Program-made: the position numbers and the translations under genes
Notes under the pieces: model-generated
The model's input: the letters and a program-made list of their open reading frames with translations, nothing else
What the model was told of the DNA's origin: nothing
Database searches by the model: none
NCBI RefSeq assembly: GCF_020832325.1
Contig: NZ_JAFIEU010000022.1
Coordinates: forward strand, 12,692 to 76,691
Origin: Lunatimonas sp.
GTDB taxonomy: Bacteria; Bacteroidota; Bacteroidia; Cytophagales; Cyclobacteriaceae
Reading direction: 5' to 3'
DNA: 64,000 bases
Part shown: one piece after another, positions 1 to 8,795 of the stretch
Position numbering within the stretch: the stretch's first letter is position 1
How the letters are laid out: each line of letters begins with the position of its first letter

Positions 1-575
1 CCTATATTACCGTGCATGCCTACACGGAAAGAGCTGTTCAGAAAGCCATCGCAGCCGGTGTAAAATGCGTGGAACATGGACAGCTTCTGGAAAAAAAGAC
101 CTTGCGAATGATGGCCAAGAAGGGGGTATGGCTGAGCCTTCAAAATCTGGTGGAGGATACCCCGGATATGGATCCTGCCAGGCGAGAGAAGCGCAAGCCG
201 GTGCTGGAAGGTCAGGCCAGAATATGGCCACTGGCCAAACAGCTAAAGGTAAACTTGGCATGGGGGACCGATTTTCTCTTCGAGCCGGAGCTTAACGAAC
301 AGCAAAACGAATTTATCTTGCGGCTTACCGAGTGGTTTACGCCCGCTGAAATCCTAAAAATGATCACGCACGACAATGCGCAGCTCTTGCAGCTTTCCGG
401 TCTGCGCAGTCCCTATCAGGGCAGGTTGGGGGTAGTGGAAGAGGGGGCTTTGGCCGATTTGATCCTGGTGGATGGGAATCCGCTAGCAGATATTTCGCTG
501 GTGGCCAATCCGTCGGATACGTTTTTGGTGATCATGAAGGATGGGAAAATCTACAAGCAGGCCCTTGACAACTAG
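1..575 (+). CDS. amidohydrolase-family protein, C-terminal part (5' end outside the window)
   Basis: The reading frame is open to the left edge (track ORF 12..575). The tail '...CVEHGQLL...WGTDFLF...ADLILVDGNPLADI' resembles the C-terminal half of metal-dependent TIM-barrel amidohydrolases. This is a family-level call from memory only. Confidence 0.65.
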   Translation, partial: YITVHAYTERAVQKAIAAGVKCVEHGQLLEKKTLRMMAKKGVWLSLQNLVEDTPDMDPARREKRKPVLEGQARIWPLAKQLKVNLAWGTDFLFEPELNEQQNEFILRLTEWFTPAEILKMITHDNAQLLQLSGLRSPYQGRLGVVEEGALADLILVDGNPLADISLVANPSDTFLVIMKDGKIYKQALDN

Positions 576-689
576 TCTCCCTAAGGCAGGCACTGCTCAG
601 ACAGAGAATGTGGCCTTGGTGCCATTTTACCGGTAAAATTCGTTATATTTCCATTCCGACGTACAACCTTACCCCTATAATTGATAGAG

Positions 690-1538
690 ATGATTCACGG
701 ACTTCCCGATAAAATTGTAGCGCTGACTGATTTTTCAGTTTCCTCCGAGCAGGCGGTGGAGCGCGCCACCGAGCTCGCCAAGCTGCTTAAGAAACCCTTG
801 GAGATTTTCCATGTAACACCGGTCCCTCCCATTCCTTCTATGGCTGGCTCAGATATGAGAAGCGAGATACTCGAGGTCGTAGAGCGTGAGGCCCAAGAGT
901 CACTACGGAACTATGTAAAAGGTTTAGAAGAAAGGCATCCTGGCACATGGATATCTTCCTCGCTGGCTTCAAACGTTCGTTTTGAAGAAGCTGTAGAGCA
1001 ACTGGTGCAAAGGTCTCCGAACTGCCTCTTGGTGTTTGGGAAAAAGAAGCGTTCGGCATTGGAGCGGGTTTTTGTCGGAAGCAGTCTGACAAATTTACTT
1101 CGCCGGGGCACTATTCGAACTCCCATGCTCTTGGTTTCGCCGGATTCCGGCCCGCTGAGCGTTTCAAAGCTGATGCTAACCCTTGACTTAAATTCTAAGT
1201 TGGAGGAAGACCGTTTCGACTTGGTAGAGGCACTGCTTGCTGTGTTTAAGGTGCGTTGGGATTTGGTGTATGCGACGGAAGGAAAGCAGCCCGACGATGC
1301 AGCACTGGAGAAATCGTTGGTGGAGTCACTTCCTGCGGAGCTCTTGGCCAAAATGGAAAACATCTACCTGCTGGAATCGAAGGAAGAGGTCACAATACGG
1401 GCAAAAGCCCCCGACCAGTTGATTGTAGCATTTCCAAAACGAAAATCCATATGGGACTCCATGTTTAAGGGTTCATTCAGCGAATTTTTGGCTGACAACC
1501 AAGATCAGTTATTACTGATGATTCCGGAATCCAACTAA
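690..1538 (+). CDS. universal stress protein (UspA-like), two-domain
   Basis: The track ORF is 681..1538 with a TTG start; the first ATG is at 690. The N-terminus 'KIVALTDFSVSSEQAVERATELAKLLKKPLEIFHV' and 'LVFGKKKRSALERVFVGSSLTNLL' resemble the USP fold and its nucleotide-binding loop. At about 280 aa the length fits a tandem USP. Confidence 0.6.
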   Translation: MIHGLPDKIVALTDFSVSSEQAVERATELAKLLKKPLEIFHVTPVPPIPSMAGSDMRSEILEVVEREAQESLRNYVKGLEERHPGTWISSSLASNVRFEEAVEQLVQRSPNCLLVFGKKKRSALERVFVGSSLTNLLRRGTIRTPMLLVSPDSGPLSVSKLMLTLDLNSKLEEDRFDLVEALLAVFKVRWDLVYATEGKQPDDAALEKSLVESLPAELLAKMENIYLLESKEEVTIRAKAPDQLIVAFPKRKSIWDSMFKGSFSEFLADNQDQLLLMIPESN

Positions 1539-1572
1539 AAATGCATGCAGTAGTTGACAGGAAATCTGGAAG

Positions 1573-2316
1573 TTGAAAGCGATCCTTACTCACATAGCTA
1601 AAAAAGTCAAGCGTACCCTGTTGGACCTACTGCCGATCATCGTGGTAGTGGCTTTCTTTCAGTTGTTTGTGATCCGTCTGCCCCTACCGCATGTAGGTGA
1701 AGTAGTGTACGGCAGTTTATTGGTGGCGGCTGGGCTGCTACTTTTCATCGAGGGTTTAGAGATGAGCCTGTTCCCGATTGGGGAGAATATGGCGAATGCC
1801 TTGGCCCGGAAGGGAAGCCTGGCCTGGTTGCTGCTTTTCGGTTTTTTGCTGGGGTTTTCTACCGCTATAGCTGAGCCTGCACTGATTGCAGTGGCCGAAG
1901 AAGCGGGTAACATCGCAGTAATCGCAGGGCTCTTACCGGATGACGGAGATACCGTGCGCCGTTATACCTTGGGCTTGCGGATTTGCGTAGCGGTTTCCGT
2001 AGGGCTGGCCATATTTATCGGCGTAATACGAATCCTGAAGGGCTGGCCCCTTTATTACCTAGTGATTGGAGGATACCTGTTGATCATGGCAATGACCTAC
2101 ATTTCGCCCAAAGAAATTATCGGCCTGGCCTATGACATCGGTGGAGTGACCACCTCCACGGTGACGGTACCACTGGTGACCGCCTTGGGCGTGGGCTTGG
2201 CAAAGACCATTCAGGGGCGCAGTCCGCTTTTGGATGGATTTGGAATGATTGCACTGGCTGCGATGGCGCCCATCGTTTCCATTCTGATGTATGGCATGTT
2301 TTGGTTTGGTAAATAA
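1573..2316 (+). CDS. DUF1538-family polytopic membrane protein (paralogue 1)
   Basis: A 247-aa hydrophobic ORF with a TTG start (no early ATG). It shares the motifs 'AIAEPALIAVA', 'AYDIGGVTTSTVTVPLV' and 'DGFGMIALA' with the next gene. I recall this pattern as the DUF1538 family. Confidence 0.7.
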   Translation: MKAILTHIAKKVKRTLLDLLPIIVVVAFFQLFVIRLPLPHVGEVVYGSLLVAAGLLLFIEGLEMSLFPIGENMANALARKGSLAWLLLFGFLLGFSTAIAEPALIAVAEEAGNIAVIAGLLPDDGDTVRRYTLGLRICVAVSVGLAIFIGVIRILKGWPLYYLVIGGYLLIMAMTYISPKEIIGLAYDIGGVTTSTVTVPLVTALGVGLAKTIQGRSPLLDGFGMIALAAMAPIVSILMYGMFWFGK

Positions 2317-2321
2317 GGAAT

Positions 2322-3092
2322 ATGAGTATGGGACTTCTGGCAGTTTTCTTGGACACGATTCTCGACGTTTTGCCTATTACCGGCCTCATCTTGGGATTTC
2401 AGCTTTTCGTATTAAAAAGGCCCATACCACAATTGAGGAAGGTTTTGATTGGCTCAGTCTATGTGGTGCTTGGTTTGGCCCTGTTCCTGATGGGATTGGA
2501 AATGGCACTGTTTCCACTGGGCAACCTGATGGCAGAGCAACTGACCAATCCAGGGTTTCTGGGGATAGCCGAAGGTGAAGTTGCGCCCTGGACAGCCTAT
2601 TATTGGATCTATATTTTCGCAGCCTGTATCGGTTTTGCAACGACGATCGCGGAGCCTTCGTTGATCGCTGTTGCCATCAAAGCAGACGAAGTTTCCTCGG
2701 GGGGTATCAGTAAATTGGGACTGCGCATTACCGTCGCTTTCGGAGTGGCACTTGCGCTGACCTTAGGCACTTACCGTATTATCAGCGGCACGCCGTTGCA
2801 TGTATACATTATGGTGGGATACCTGATCGTGATTGTGCAAACTATATTTGCCCCGAAGGAGCTGATCCCGTTGGCGTACGATTCCGGAGGGGTGACCACC
2901 TCGACGGTGACGGTGCCGATCGTAGCAGCACTGGGCTTGGGACTGTCACAGGCAGTACCAGGTCGAAATCCAGCCGTGGATGGCTTCGGACTGATCGCCT
3001 TTGCGAGTGTCTTTCCGATCATTGCCGTGCTGGGATACGCACAACTGGCGGCACTTCGAAAAAAATATGTGCAATCAACGGGAAGCGGGTAA
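2322..3092 (+). CDS. DUF1538-family polytopic membrane protein (paralogue 2)
   Basis: A 256-aa ORF starting 5 bp after paralogue 1. Its motifs 'TIAEPSLIAVA', 'AYDSGGVTTSTVTVPIV' and 'DGFGLIAFA' are directly alignable to the preceding gene. Confidence 0.7.
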   Translation: MSMGLLAVFLDTILDVLPITGLILGFQLFVLKRPIPQLRKVLIGSVYVVLGLALFLMGLEMALFPLGNLMAEQLTNPGFLGIAEGEVAPWTAYYWIYIFAACIGFATTIAEPSLIAVAIKADEVSSGGISKLGLRITVAFGVALALTLGTYRIISGTPLHVYIMVGYLIVIVQTIFAPKELIPLAYDSGGVTTSTVTVPIVAALGLGLSQAVPGRNPAVDGFGLIAFASVFPIIAVLGYAQLAALRKKYVQSTGSG

Positions 3093-3138
3093 ACAATGGA
3101 GTTAGACATACCAGTATGTAAAAGAAAATTATAGACAC

Positions 3139-3486
3139 ATGAAATTCAAACTAATCATGGTGCTGGTTCGGCCGGAAAAGACCGACGAGGCAGTCTCGGT
3201 AATGCGAAAAGCAGGGGCAACGGGAGACACCATCATCCGGGCAAGAGGCTCCGGTATGCGGGAAGTAAAGACGTTCCTCGGATTAAACATTGAAGGGCAA
3301 AACGAACTGATTCTGGTCCTTTCGGAGGAAAATACCGTGTCCACCCTGTTAGACTCTCTCAAAAAGGTGATTCCTTTCGACGAACCCGGAAACGGAATCG
3401 CGTTTGTGCTCCCGGTGGATCAGGTGATCGGCCTGGATTCGCAGCTTCAAAAACTTCGCGACCAAGCTAGAGACAGCTACTTCTAA
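3139..3486 (+). CDS. P-II (GlnB-like) family signal-transduction protein, non-canonical
   Basis: A 115-aa ORF beginning 'MKFKLIMVLVRPEKTDEAV..MRKAGATG.TI..ARG.G', which is the typical PII beta-alpha-beta start. The T-loop-equivalent 'RGSGMREVKTFLGLNIEG' has no Tyr at the GlnB uridylylation position. Confidence 0.7.
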   Translation: MKFKLIMVLVRPEKTDEAVSVMRKAGATGDTIIRARGSGMREVKTFLGLNIEGQNELILVLSEENTVSTLLDSLKKVIPFDEPGNGIAFVLPVDQVIGLDSQLQKLRDQARDSYF

Positions 3487-3593
3487 GAAATCGAGCATGA
3501 CGCAAGCGGCACACACTGGGATGCCCCGATATCGGGGCAAACATGCGGGATTCCATCTGACCTTTGAAAAACAAAAAATAAACATTCAACTAC

Positions 3594-3998
3594 ATGGAAA
3601 CTAGAAAGTACATACCTGCAAAGGATGTCATGGATTCGAAAATCGTGAAGGTAGATGGCATGGCTACCGCCGCAGAGGCAGTCGCCCTGCTAAAGAAAGA
3701 GGGGGTAGATGCCCTTATTGTCGAAAAACGGAATCAATATGACGCCTATGGCATTGTTGTGACCCAGGACCTGTTAGAGGCTGTAGTGGTCGCGGGTAAA
3801 GACCCCCAGTCTGTAAATGTGTTCGAAATCATGTCCAAGCCTGTGGTGACGGTATCCAGCACCTTGGATGTCAAATATGTAGCCAAACTGATGGTGGATC
3901 TACGTATCAAGCAGGTGCCCGTGGAGGAGGATGGCGAATACCTGGGAATGATCTCCATCCGTTCGTTGGTGTTGAATAGCGGTTTATTTACTTCTTGA
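3594..3998 (+). CDS. CBS-domain pair protein
   Basis: A 134-aa ORF containing 'AKDVMDSKIVKV....TAAEAVALLKKEGVDALIV' and a second unit 'VFEIMSKPVVTVSS...VAKLMVDLRIKQVPVEEDGEYLGMISIRSLV'. This is the classical tandem CBS layout. Confidence 0.8.
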   Translation: METRKYIPAKDVMDSKIVKVDGMATAAEAVALLKKEGVDALIVEKRNQYDAYGIVVTQDLLEAVVVAGKDPQSVNVFEIMSKPVVTVSSTLDVKYVAKLMVDLRIKQVPVEEDGEYLGMISIRSLVLNSGLFTS

Positions 3999-4052
3999 CG
4001 CGTTGTTTCGGTAGCTTTCAAACTTTTATACACTACTATCGGTTTTATCTTT

Positions 4053-4835
4053 ATGTTACATTACAGCACATTCATACATGCGGATAGCACCGAGTGGGTC
4101 ACCTTCGTACATGGTGCAGGTGGCAGCAGTGCGATATGGTACAAGCAGCTCCGTGATTTCAGCAAATCCTATAATGTGCTATTGGTTGACTTGCGGGGCC
4201 ATGGGCGTTCCAAGAAGGCGGAATACGAGCACCTGAAAAAATATACCTTCGATATCATCGGAGACGAAGTGATCGAGGTATTGGATCATCTGCACATTCA
4301 AAAAACCCACTTCATCGGTATTTCCCTTGGCACGATTATCATCCGGGAGATCAGCGAACGGTACCCGGAACGGGTTCAAAGCTTGATTTTGGCAGGAGCG
4401 GTCATGAAGCTCAATTTGCGGGGTCAACTTTTGATGCGCATGGGTGTACTGCTCAAATCGCTCATTCCTTACCTTTTGCTGTACAAGCTTTTTGCCTTTG
4501 TGATTATGCCTCGAAAAAAGCACCGGGAGTCACGGTACCTGTTTATCGAAGAAGCCAAAAAGCTCTACCAAAAAGAATTTATCCGGTGGTTTACACTGGT
4601 ATCCCAAGTCAATCCCCTGCTATCATTTTTTAGGATCAAGGATGTTAATATTCCCACGCTTTACGTGATGGGTCAGGAGGACTATATGTTTTTGCCAACG
4701 ATCTCCCGCCTGGTAAAAAATCATCCTTCTGCCCGCCTAACAGTAATACCTGACTGCGGACACGTAGTCAATGTAGACAAGCCCCTGCAATTCAACGAAA
4801 TATCCCTTCGCTTCCTACACGGACTGAGCCGCTAA
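4053..4835 (+). CDS. alpha/beta-fold hydrolase
   Basis: 'VTFVHGAGGSSAIW' is an HGxG oxyanion region, 'FIGISLGT' is a nucleophile elbow of the GxSxG type, and there is a C-terminal 'CGHVVNVDKP' His. Confidence 0.8.
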   Translation: MLHYSTFIHADSTEWVTFVHGAGGSSAIWYKQLRDFSKSYNVLLVDLRGHGRSKKAEYEHLKKYTFDIIGDEVIEVLDHLHIQKTHFIGISLGTIIIREISERYPERVQSLILAGAVMKLNLRGQLLMRMGVLLKSLIPYLLLYKLFAFVIMPRKKHRESRYLFIEEAKKLYQKEFIRWFTLVSQVNPLLSFFRIKDVNIPTLYVMGQEDYMFLPTISRLVKNHPSARLTVIPDCGHVVNVDKPLQFNEISLRFLHGLSR

Positions 4836-4839
4836 TCGC

Positions 4840-5946
4840 TTAGTTCCTATTGAAATAAATCAGCAGAAACGGTATCACAAAAAATGTGAGTAAGATATAA
4901 GCCAATCCAATGAGGCGTGATTTTACGATCTGCTTCCCAAACAGAGATGCCAGTCTAGGCGGAATTCTGCGGATAGGAGGAAAGGGCAGGAAGATAAGTG
5001 CTCCGATCAGATTGAATAAAAAATGCACCAACGCAATGCTAATGGCGGCCTCCGTCTTGTATAGCGCGGCGATGGCAGCGGTAATCGTCGTGCCGATATT
5101 GGCGCCTATGATGAATGGAAACACTTTGTCCAAGGCAGCTTTTCCAGTAGCCACCACCGTGACAATCAGGGAGGTAGTTATGGTACTGGATTGGACAGCA
5201 GCGGTTGAGAACACCCCATATCCAAAGGCCCTGTAGGGCTGCTTGAACAGATGTTTGCTGGCTTTTTTGTACTTTGGCGAAAGGATGGATTCAAACGCCA
5301 AGTTGGAAAGGACCTTGATGGAAGCAAACAACAGAACGATGCCGACTATTAACCAGAATAGCGGCCAGTCCAACCATCCGGAAACCAGTTCAGTCACCGG
5401 CCGAAGGAAAAAACGATAGGGGGCAAATTCCTGAGAGCGCTGTGCACCCCCCGATTGAACAAAAAGACCGGCTAGAAAACTTGCCATTTTGCTCAAAAAC
5501 CCAAAATATACTTCCAAGGGAAACAATAAGGCGGTCGTGATTATGTTGAAAAAATCATGCAGCACCGCCGCCGACAAAGCCTTTTTGAAGGGCTTCTTTT
5601 GGGTGATAAAGCTTAGGGAGACCAGGTTGGAGGTAAGTGTGGTACCGATGTTGGCACCCATAATCAGTGGCACTGCCTGGGTGAGACTTAAACTGCCCGA
5701 AGCCACTACGGCTACTACCATGGCCGAGATGGTAGAGCTGGACTGAATCAAAGCAGTCATCAGGATACCAATAAACAGACCCACGAAGGGGTTCTCGGTA
5801 GCGGTAAAGATATTGTTGGCCACCTCGCTGTTCAGCTTGCCCGCCGAAAAAGTCATCAAGTCGATGGAAAACATAAACAGTAGGAGACCGAGCGAAGCCA
5901 ATACAATCAGTAAGAGGTTTGGTCTAACGGTTTCCTTAACAAGCAT
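4840..5946 (-). CDS. Na+/phosphate cotransporter-family (NptA/PF02690-like) membrane protein
   Basis: Duplicated 'QSSS.T' / 'GANIGTT(L/I)T' motifs are present: 'IQSSSTISAMVVA...IMGANIGTTLTS' and 'VQSSTITTSLIV...IIGANIGTTITA'. These are characteristic of Na/Pi-cotransporter repeats. Confidence 0.8.
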   Translation of the reverse strand: MLVKETVRPNLLLIVLASLGLLLFMFSIDLMTFSAGKLNSEVANNIFTATENPFVGLFIGILMTALIQSSSTISAMVVAVVASGSLSLTQAVPLIMGANIGTTLTSNLVSLSFITQKKPFKKALSAAVLHDFFNIITTALLFPLEVYFGFLSKMASFLAGLFVQSGGAQRSQEFAPYRFFLRPVTELVSGWLDWPLFWLIVGIVLLFASIKVLSNLAFESILSPKYKKASKHLFKQPYRAFGYGVFSTAAVQSSTITTSLIVTVVATGKAALDKVFPFIIGANIGTTITAAIAALYKTEAAISIALVHFLFNLIGALIFLPFPPIRRIPPRLASLFGKQIVKSRLIGLAYILLTFFVIPFLLIYFNRN

Positions 5947-6183
5947 GCTGCGCAGTTGAATGATTCAAATGGTAAAATTTGCGCAAATTTCCGTCAGAAA
6001 AAAGTCAAATGAACCTTTTTTAGATGAAGGTTATGTTAATTTGAGTGTTGTCCGAATGGACGAAAATTGTTGATAGTAGGGTATTTAGGTACCCAAAAAA
6101 AACCATTACCTTTAACCGAGGAATAAAAATTCGTTGCTTTGACGCCAAAGACCCCGTTCTTTAGCTGGGATCTCCTGTTTTTC

Positions 6184-6198
6184 TTAACAATTTGTTAA
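6184..6198. promoter_or_regulatory. perfect 7-1-7 palindrome TTAACAA-T-TTGTTAA, candidate operator
   Basis: Read directly from the sequence. It lies about 25 bp upstream of the putative -7 box of the 6260 gene, in the 313-bp divergent intergenic region. Confidence 0.25.
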
Positions 6199-6221
6199 CA
6201 TTGAGCTCTTACAAACTTACG

Positions 6222-6229
6222 TACCTTTG
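6222..6229 (+). promoter_or_regulatory. Bacteroidota-type -7 promoter box (TACCTTTG = TAnnTTTG)
   Basis: Exact match to the TAnnTTTG consensus, 31 nt upstream of the ATG at 6260. This also argues against the TTG start at 6227 given by the ORF track. Confidence 0.35.
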
Positions 6230-6259
6230 TGGCTGCGTTCTACCACCCCAATCGATGCC

Positions 6260-7396
6260 ATGGTCAAATTGAAGGATCAAAATATCAATCAGGATGCCCT
6301 CTCAAAGGCCGCCTATTCACTTTTTGATTTCAGCAAAAAAGAAAAATCCTTCTTACTGATTATGTGTATCCTGGTGTCCATAGCGGGCATCATCACCCCC
6401 TATACCTACGCTGCAATGTGGTTCGGGTTTGCCCTTGCTGCATATTCCGCCATTGCCAACGACAGTATTCAGACCATTGGAACCTTTATCGCTTCCAACC
6501 AAAACCGAAAGTGGTATTATTTATGGCTTTTTATGGGGTTGATATTTGTAGGAACGGTCTCCTACAGTTGGATTGTGTACGATGGGGATGTTAGTTATCA
6601 GCGTCTTCGGGTAGAAGGCTTGGACCGCGCACCGGAGAACTTCGTTTTCTTGCAGCTTGCAGCCCCTATTGTATTGCTACTGATGACCAGGCTGCGCATG
6701 CCGGTTTCTACTACCTTCCTACTGCTCAACGTGTTCACCTACAAGGCAGGTACGATCATCGGTGTAATGCAAAAAAGCTTTATCGGCTACTTGGTTGCTT
6801 TTGTAGGAGCGATCGTGGTTTGGTTTGTTCTTGAGAAGTTTGTGGAAAACTACCTGAAGGGAAAGCCCAGGCCATTTTGGTATGTTTTGCAGTGGATTAC
6901 TTCCGGCGCGCTATGGGCGGTTTGGATCATGCAGGACGCGGCGAATATCGCCGTATTTTTACCCAGAACATTGGGCGTATGGGAGTTTATCGCCTATACT
7001 GGATTTGTATTTCTTGGCCTCGGCTTTCTTTTTTACCTGAAAGGAGATAAAATACAAGGTATCGTCAACGAAAAAACAAAAGTCACAGACGTACGGGCAG
7101 CTACTATTGTGGATTTGGTTTACGCTGTGATCCTTTTCTACTTCAAGGGGTACAGCAATATGCCGATGAGTACCACTTGGGTATTTATCGGATTGCTAGG
7201 CGGTCGGGAACTGGCCATTGCCCTTGCCAAATCCAGGAAGCTGAAGAAGCGACAGGCGAGGCTGGTGCGTGCCTACCGCCTTGCAAAAAATGACATCGTG
7301 AAGGCAGGTATTGGTCTACTGGTATCTCTGATATTGGCCCTGATCATTAATGAAGGCGTAAGAAAAGAAATCTTCGCCTTGTTTACAGGTTGGTAG
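6260..7396 (+). CDS. divergent PiT/PHO4-superfamily-like permease
   Basis: A polytopic ORF with a two-fold internal repeat of PiT-like signatures: 'IANDSIQTIG ... MPVSTTFLL' and 'QDAANIAVFL ... MPMSTTWVFIGLLGG'. Compare the canonical GANDVAN ... P(V/I)STTH. The start is moved to the ATG at 6260. Confidence 0.55.
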   Translation: MVKLKDQNINQDALSKAAYSLFDFSKKEKSFLLIMCILVSIAGIITPYTYAAMWFGFALAAYSAIANDSIQTIGTFIASNQNRKWYYLWLFMGLIFVGTVSYSWIVYDGDVSYQRLRVEGLDRAPENFVFLQLAAPIVLLLMTRLRMPVSTTFLLLNVFTYKAGTIIGVMQKSFIGYLVAFVGAIVVWFVLEKFVENYLKGKPRPFWYVLQWITSGALWAVWIMQDAANIAVFLPRTLGVWEFIAYTGFVFLGLGFLFYLKGDKIQGIVNEKTKVTDVRAATIVDLVYAVILFYFKGYSNMPMSTTWVFIGLLGGRELAIALAKSRKLKKRQARLVRAYRLAKNDIVKAGIGLLVSLILALIINEGVRKEIFALFTGW

Positions 7397-7416
7397 ATCC
7401 CCGTTTGAGAAGAAGT

Positions 7417-7860
7417 ATGGACCTCTATACCAATGACTATTTCATGAGAGAGGCGCTGAAGCAGGCCCAGATCGCCCTTGAGGAAGGTGAAGTCCCCGTA
7501 GGAGCAGTGCTCGTCTGTAAAAACCGGATCATCGCCAGGGCTTATAACCAAACAGAGCGCCTTACAGACGTCACCGCTCATGCAGAGATCTTGGCGTTGA
7601 CAGCTGGTTTTAGCGCCTTGGGGTCTAAATACCTGCCAGAATGCAGACTCTTTGTGACCTTGGAACCGTGTGTGATGTGTGCGGGGGCTATCTTTTGGTC
7701 ACAGCTCGGCGAGCTGCACTATGCAGCAACGGATCCAAAAAGAGGATATGGCAGGCTGGATGAACCGGTACTGCATCCTAAGACGGTCGTGAGCAGTGGC
7801 TTGTGCGAGGCAGAATCCCAGAAATTGCTGCAGGACTTTTTCAAATCGCTTAGAAATTAG
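7417..7860 (+). CDS. tadA: tRNA adenosine(34) deaminase
   Basis: 'FMREALKQAQIALEEGEVPVGAVLV', 'HAEILAL' and 'PCVMCAGAI' form the CDA zinc motif H(A)E...PCxxC. The size is about 147 aa. The start is set to the ATG at 7417 rather than the TTG at 7390. Confidence 0.9.
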   Translation: MDLYTNDYFMREALKQAQIALEEGEVPVGAVLVCKNRIIARAYNQTERLTDVTAHAEILALTAGFSALGSKYLPECRLFVTLEPCVMCAGAIFWSQLGELHYAATDPKRGYGRLDEPVLHPKTVVSSGLCEAESQKLLQDFFKSLRN

Positions 7861-7976
7861 AGATTCCTAGCCTTTTTAGAACCATTTTTCAGGATTTGTG
7901 GTTGGCTTAGTAGGTTTTTGTACACCTAGCAACCATCACATTAACTCAATGTTTCACCTTAAATTTTAACAAAAAA

Positions 7977-8585
7977 ATGGCTTTTGAACTTCCTGCATTA
8001 CCCTACGACTTTAATGCGCTAGAACCGCATATCGATGCAAAGACCATGGAAATCCACCATGGTAAGCACCACAACGCATACGTAACCAACCTGAACGGAG
8101 CTGTAGAAGGCACCGACTTGGCAAATAAGAGCCTGGAGGACATCATGAAAAGCATTTCTTCCGCTTCTCCAGCAGTACGAAACAACGGTGGTGGTCACTA
8201 CAATCACTCCCTATTTTGGACAGTTCTCTCTCCGAACGGTGGTGGCACCCCCTCCGGTGACCTGGCCAAAGCCATAGATGCGAAGTTCGGATCTTTTGAC
8301 AAATTAAAAGAAGAATTCAACAAGGCCGCTGCTACCCGATTCGGTTCCGGTTGGGCATGGCTGAGTGTAGATGCTTCCGGAGAGCTTCAGGTTAGCTCTA
8401 CACCGAACCAAGACAACCCGCTGATGGATGTCGCCGATGTGAAGGGCACACCCATTTTGGGATTGGACGTGTGGGAACACGCGTATTACCTGAATTATCA
8501 AAACAGAAGACCTGACTACATTAGCGCCTTTTGGTCTGTAGTAAATTGGGAAGAAGTGAGCAAGCGATACGCTGCCGCGAAATAA
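7977..8585 (+). CDS. Fe/Mn-family superoxide dismutase
   Basis: '[30 protein letters not shown]' and '[21 protein letters not shown]' are textbook Fe/Mn-SOD signatures. Metal specificity was not assigned. Confidence 0.95.
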   Translation: MAFELPALPYDFNALEPHIDAKTMEIHHGKHHNAYVTNLNGAVEGTDLANKSLEDIMKSISSASPAVRNNGGGHYNHSLFWTVLSPNGGGTPSGDLAKAIDAKFGSFDKLKEEFNKAAATRFGSGWAWLSVDASGELQVSSTPNQDNPLMDVADVKGTPILGLDVWEHAYYLNYQNRRPDYISAFWSVVNWEEVSKRYAAAK

Positions 8586-8611
8586 TCAACTGTTTATGAA
8601 AGATAACTGGT

Positions 8612-8644
8612 CCCCTTGACTTTCCGTCAAGGGGATTTTTTTTG
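8612..8644 (+). terminator. Rho-independent terminator of the sod gene
   Basis: A 9-bp perfect stem, ccccttgac / gtcaagggg, with loop tttcc, followed by a T-run (attttttttt). Confidence 0.8.
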
Positions 8645-8795
8645 ATATCGGACAATAATACTGTCCGTTTTTGAGACAGTCTAAATTTCGATCTGTTTTT
8701 TAACTTGCTGTTTTTCAGTATCATTCGGCTATTTTTCGGTTTTGGCATCGCTTTTTCAAGGGGTGGGTCAACAATCATGTATTAACAACATTACT

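Noticed and set aside
8742-8795. N-terminal extensions in the ORF track. Examples are 8742, 13558, 16825, 18472, 26431, 32551, 41009, 42318, 46612, 49520 and 49647.
   Set aside because: In each case an internal ATG gives a canonical signal peptide or family-typical N-terminus, or removes an overlap with the neighbouring gene. I therefore used the shorter start coordinates.
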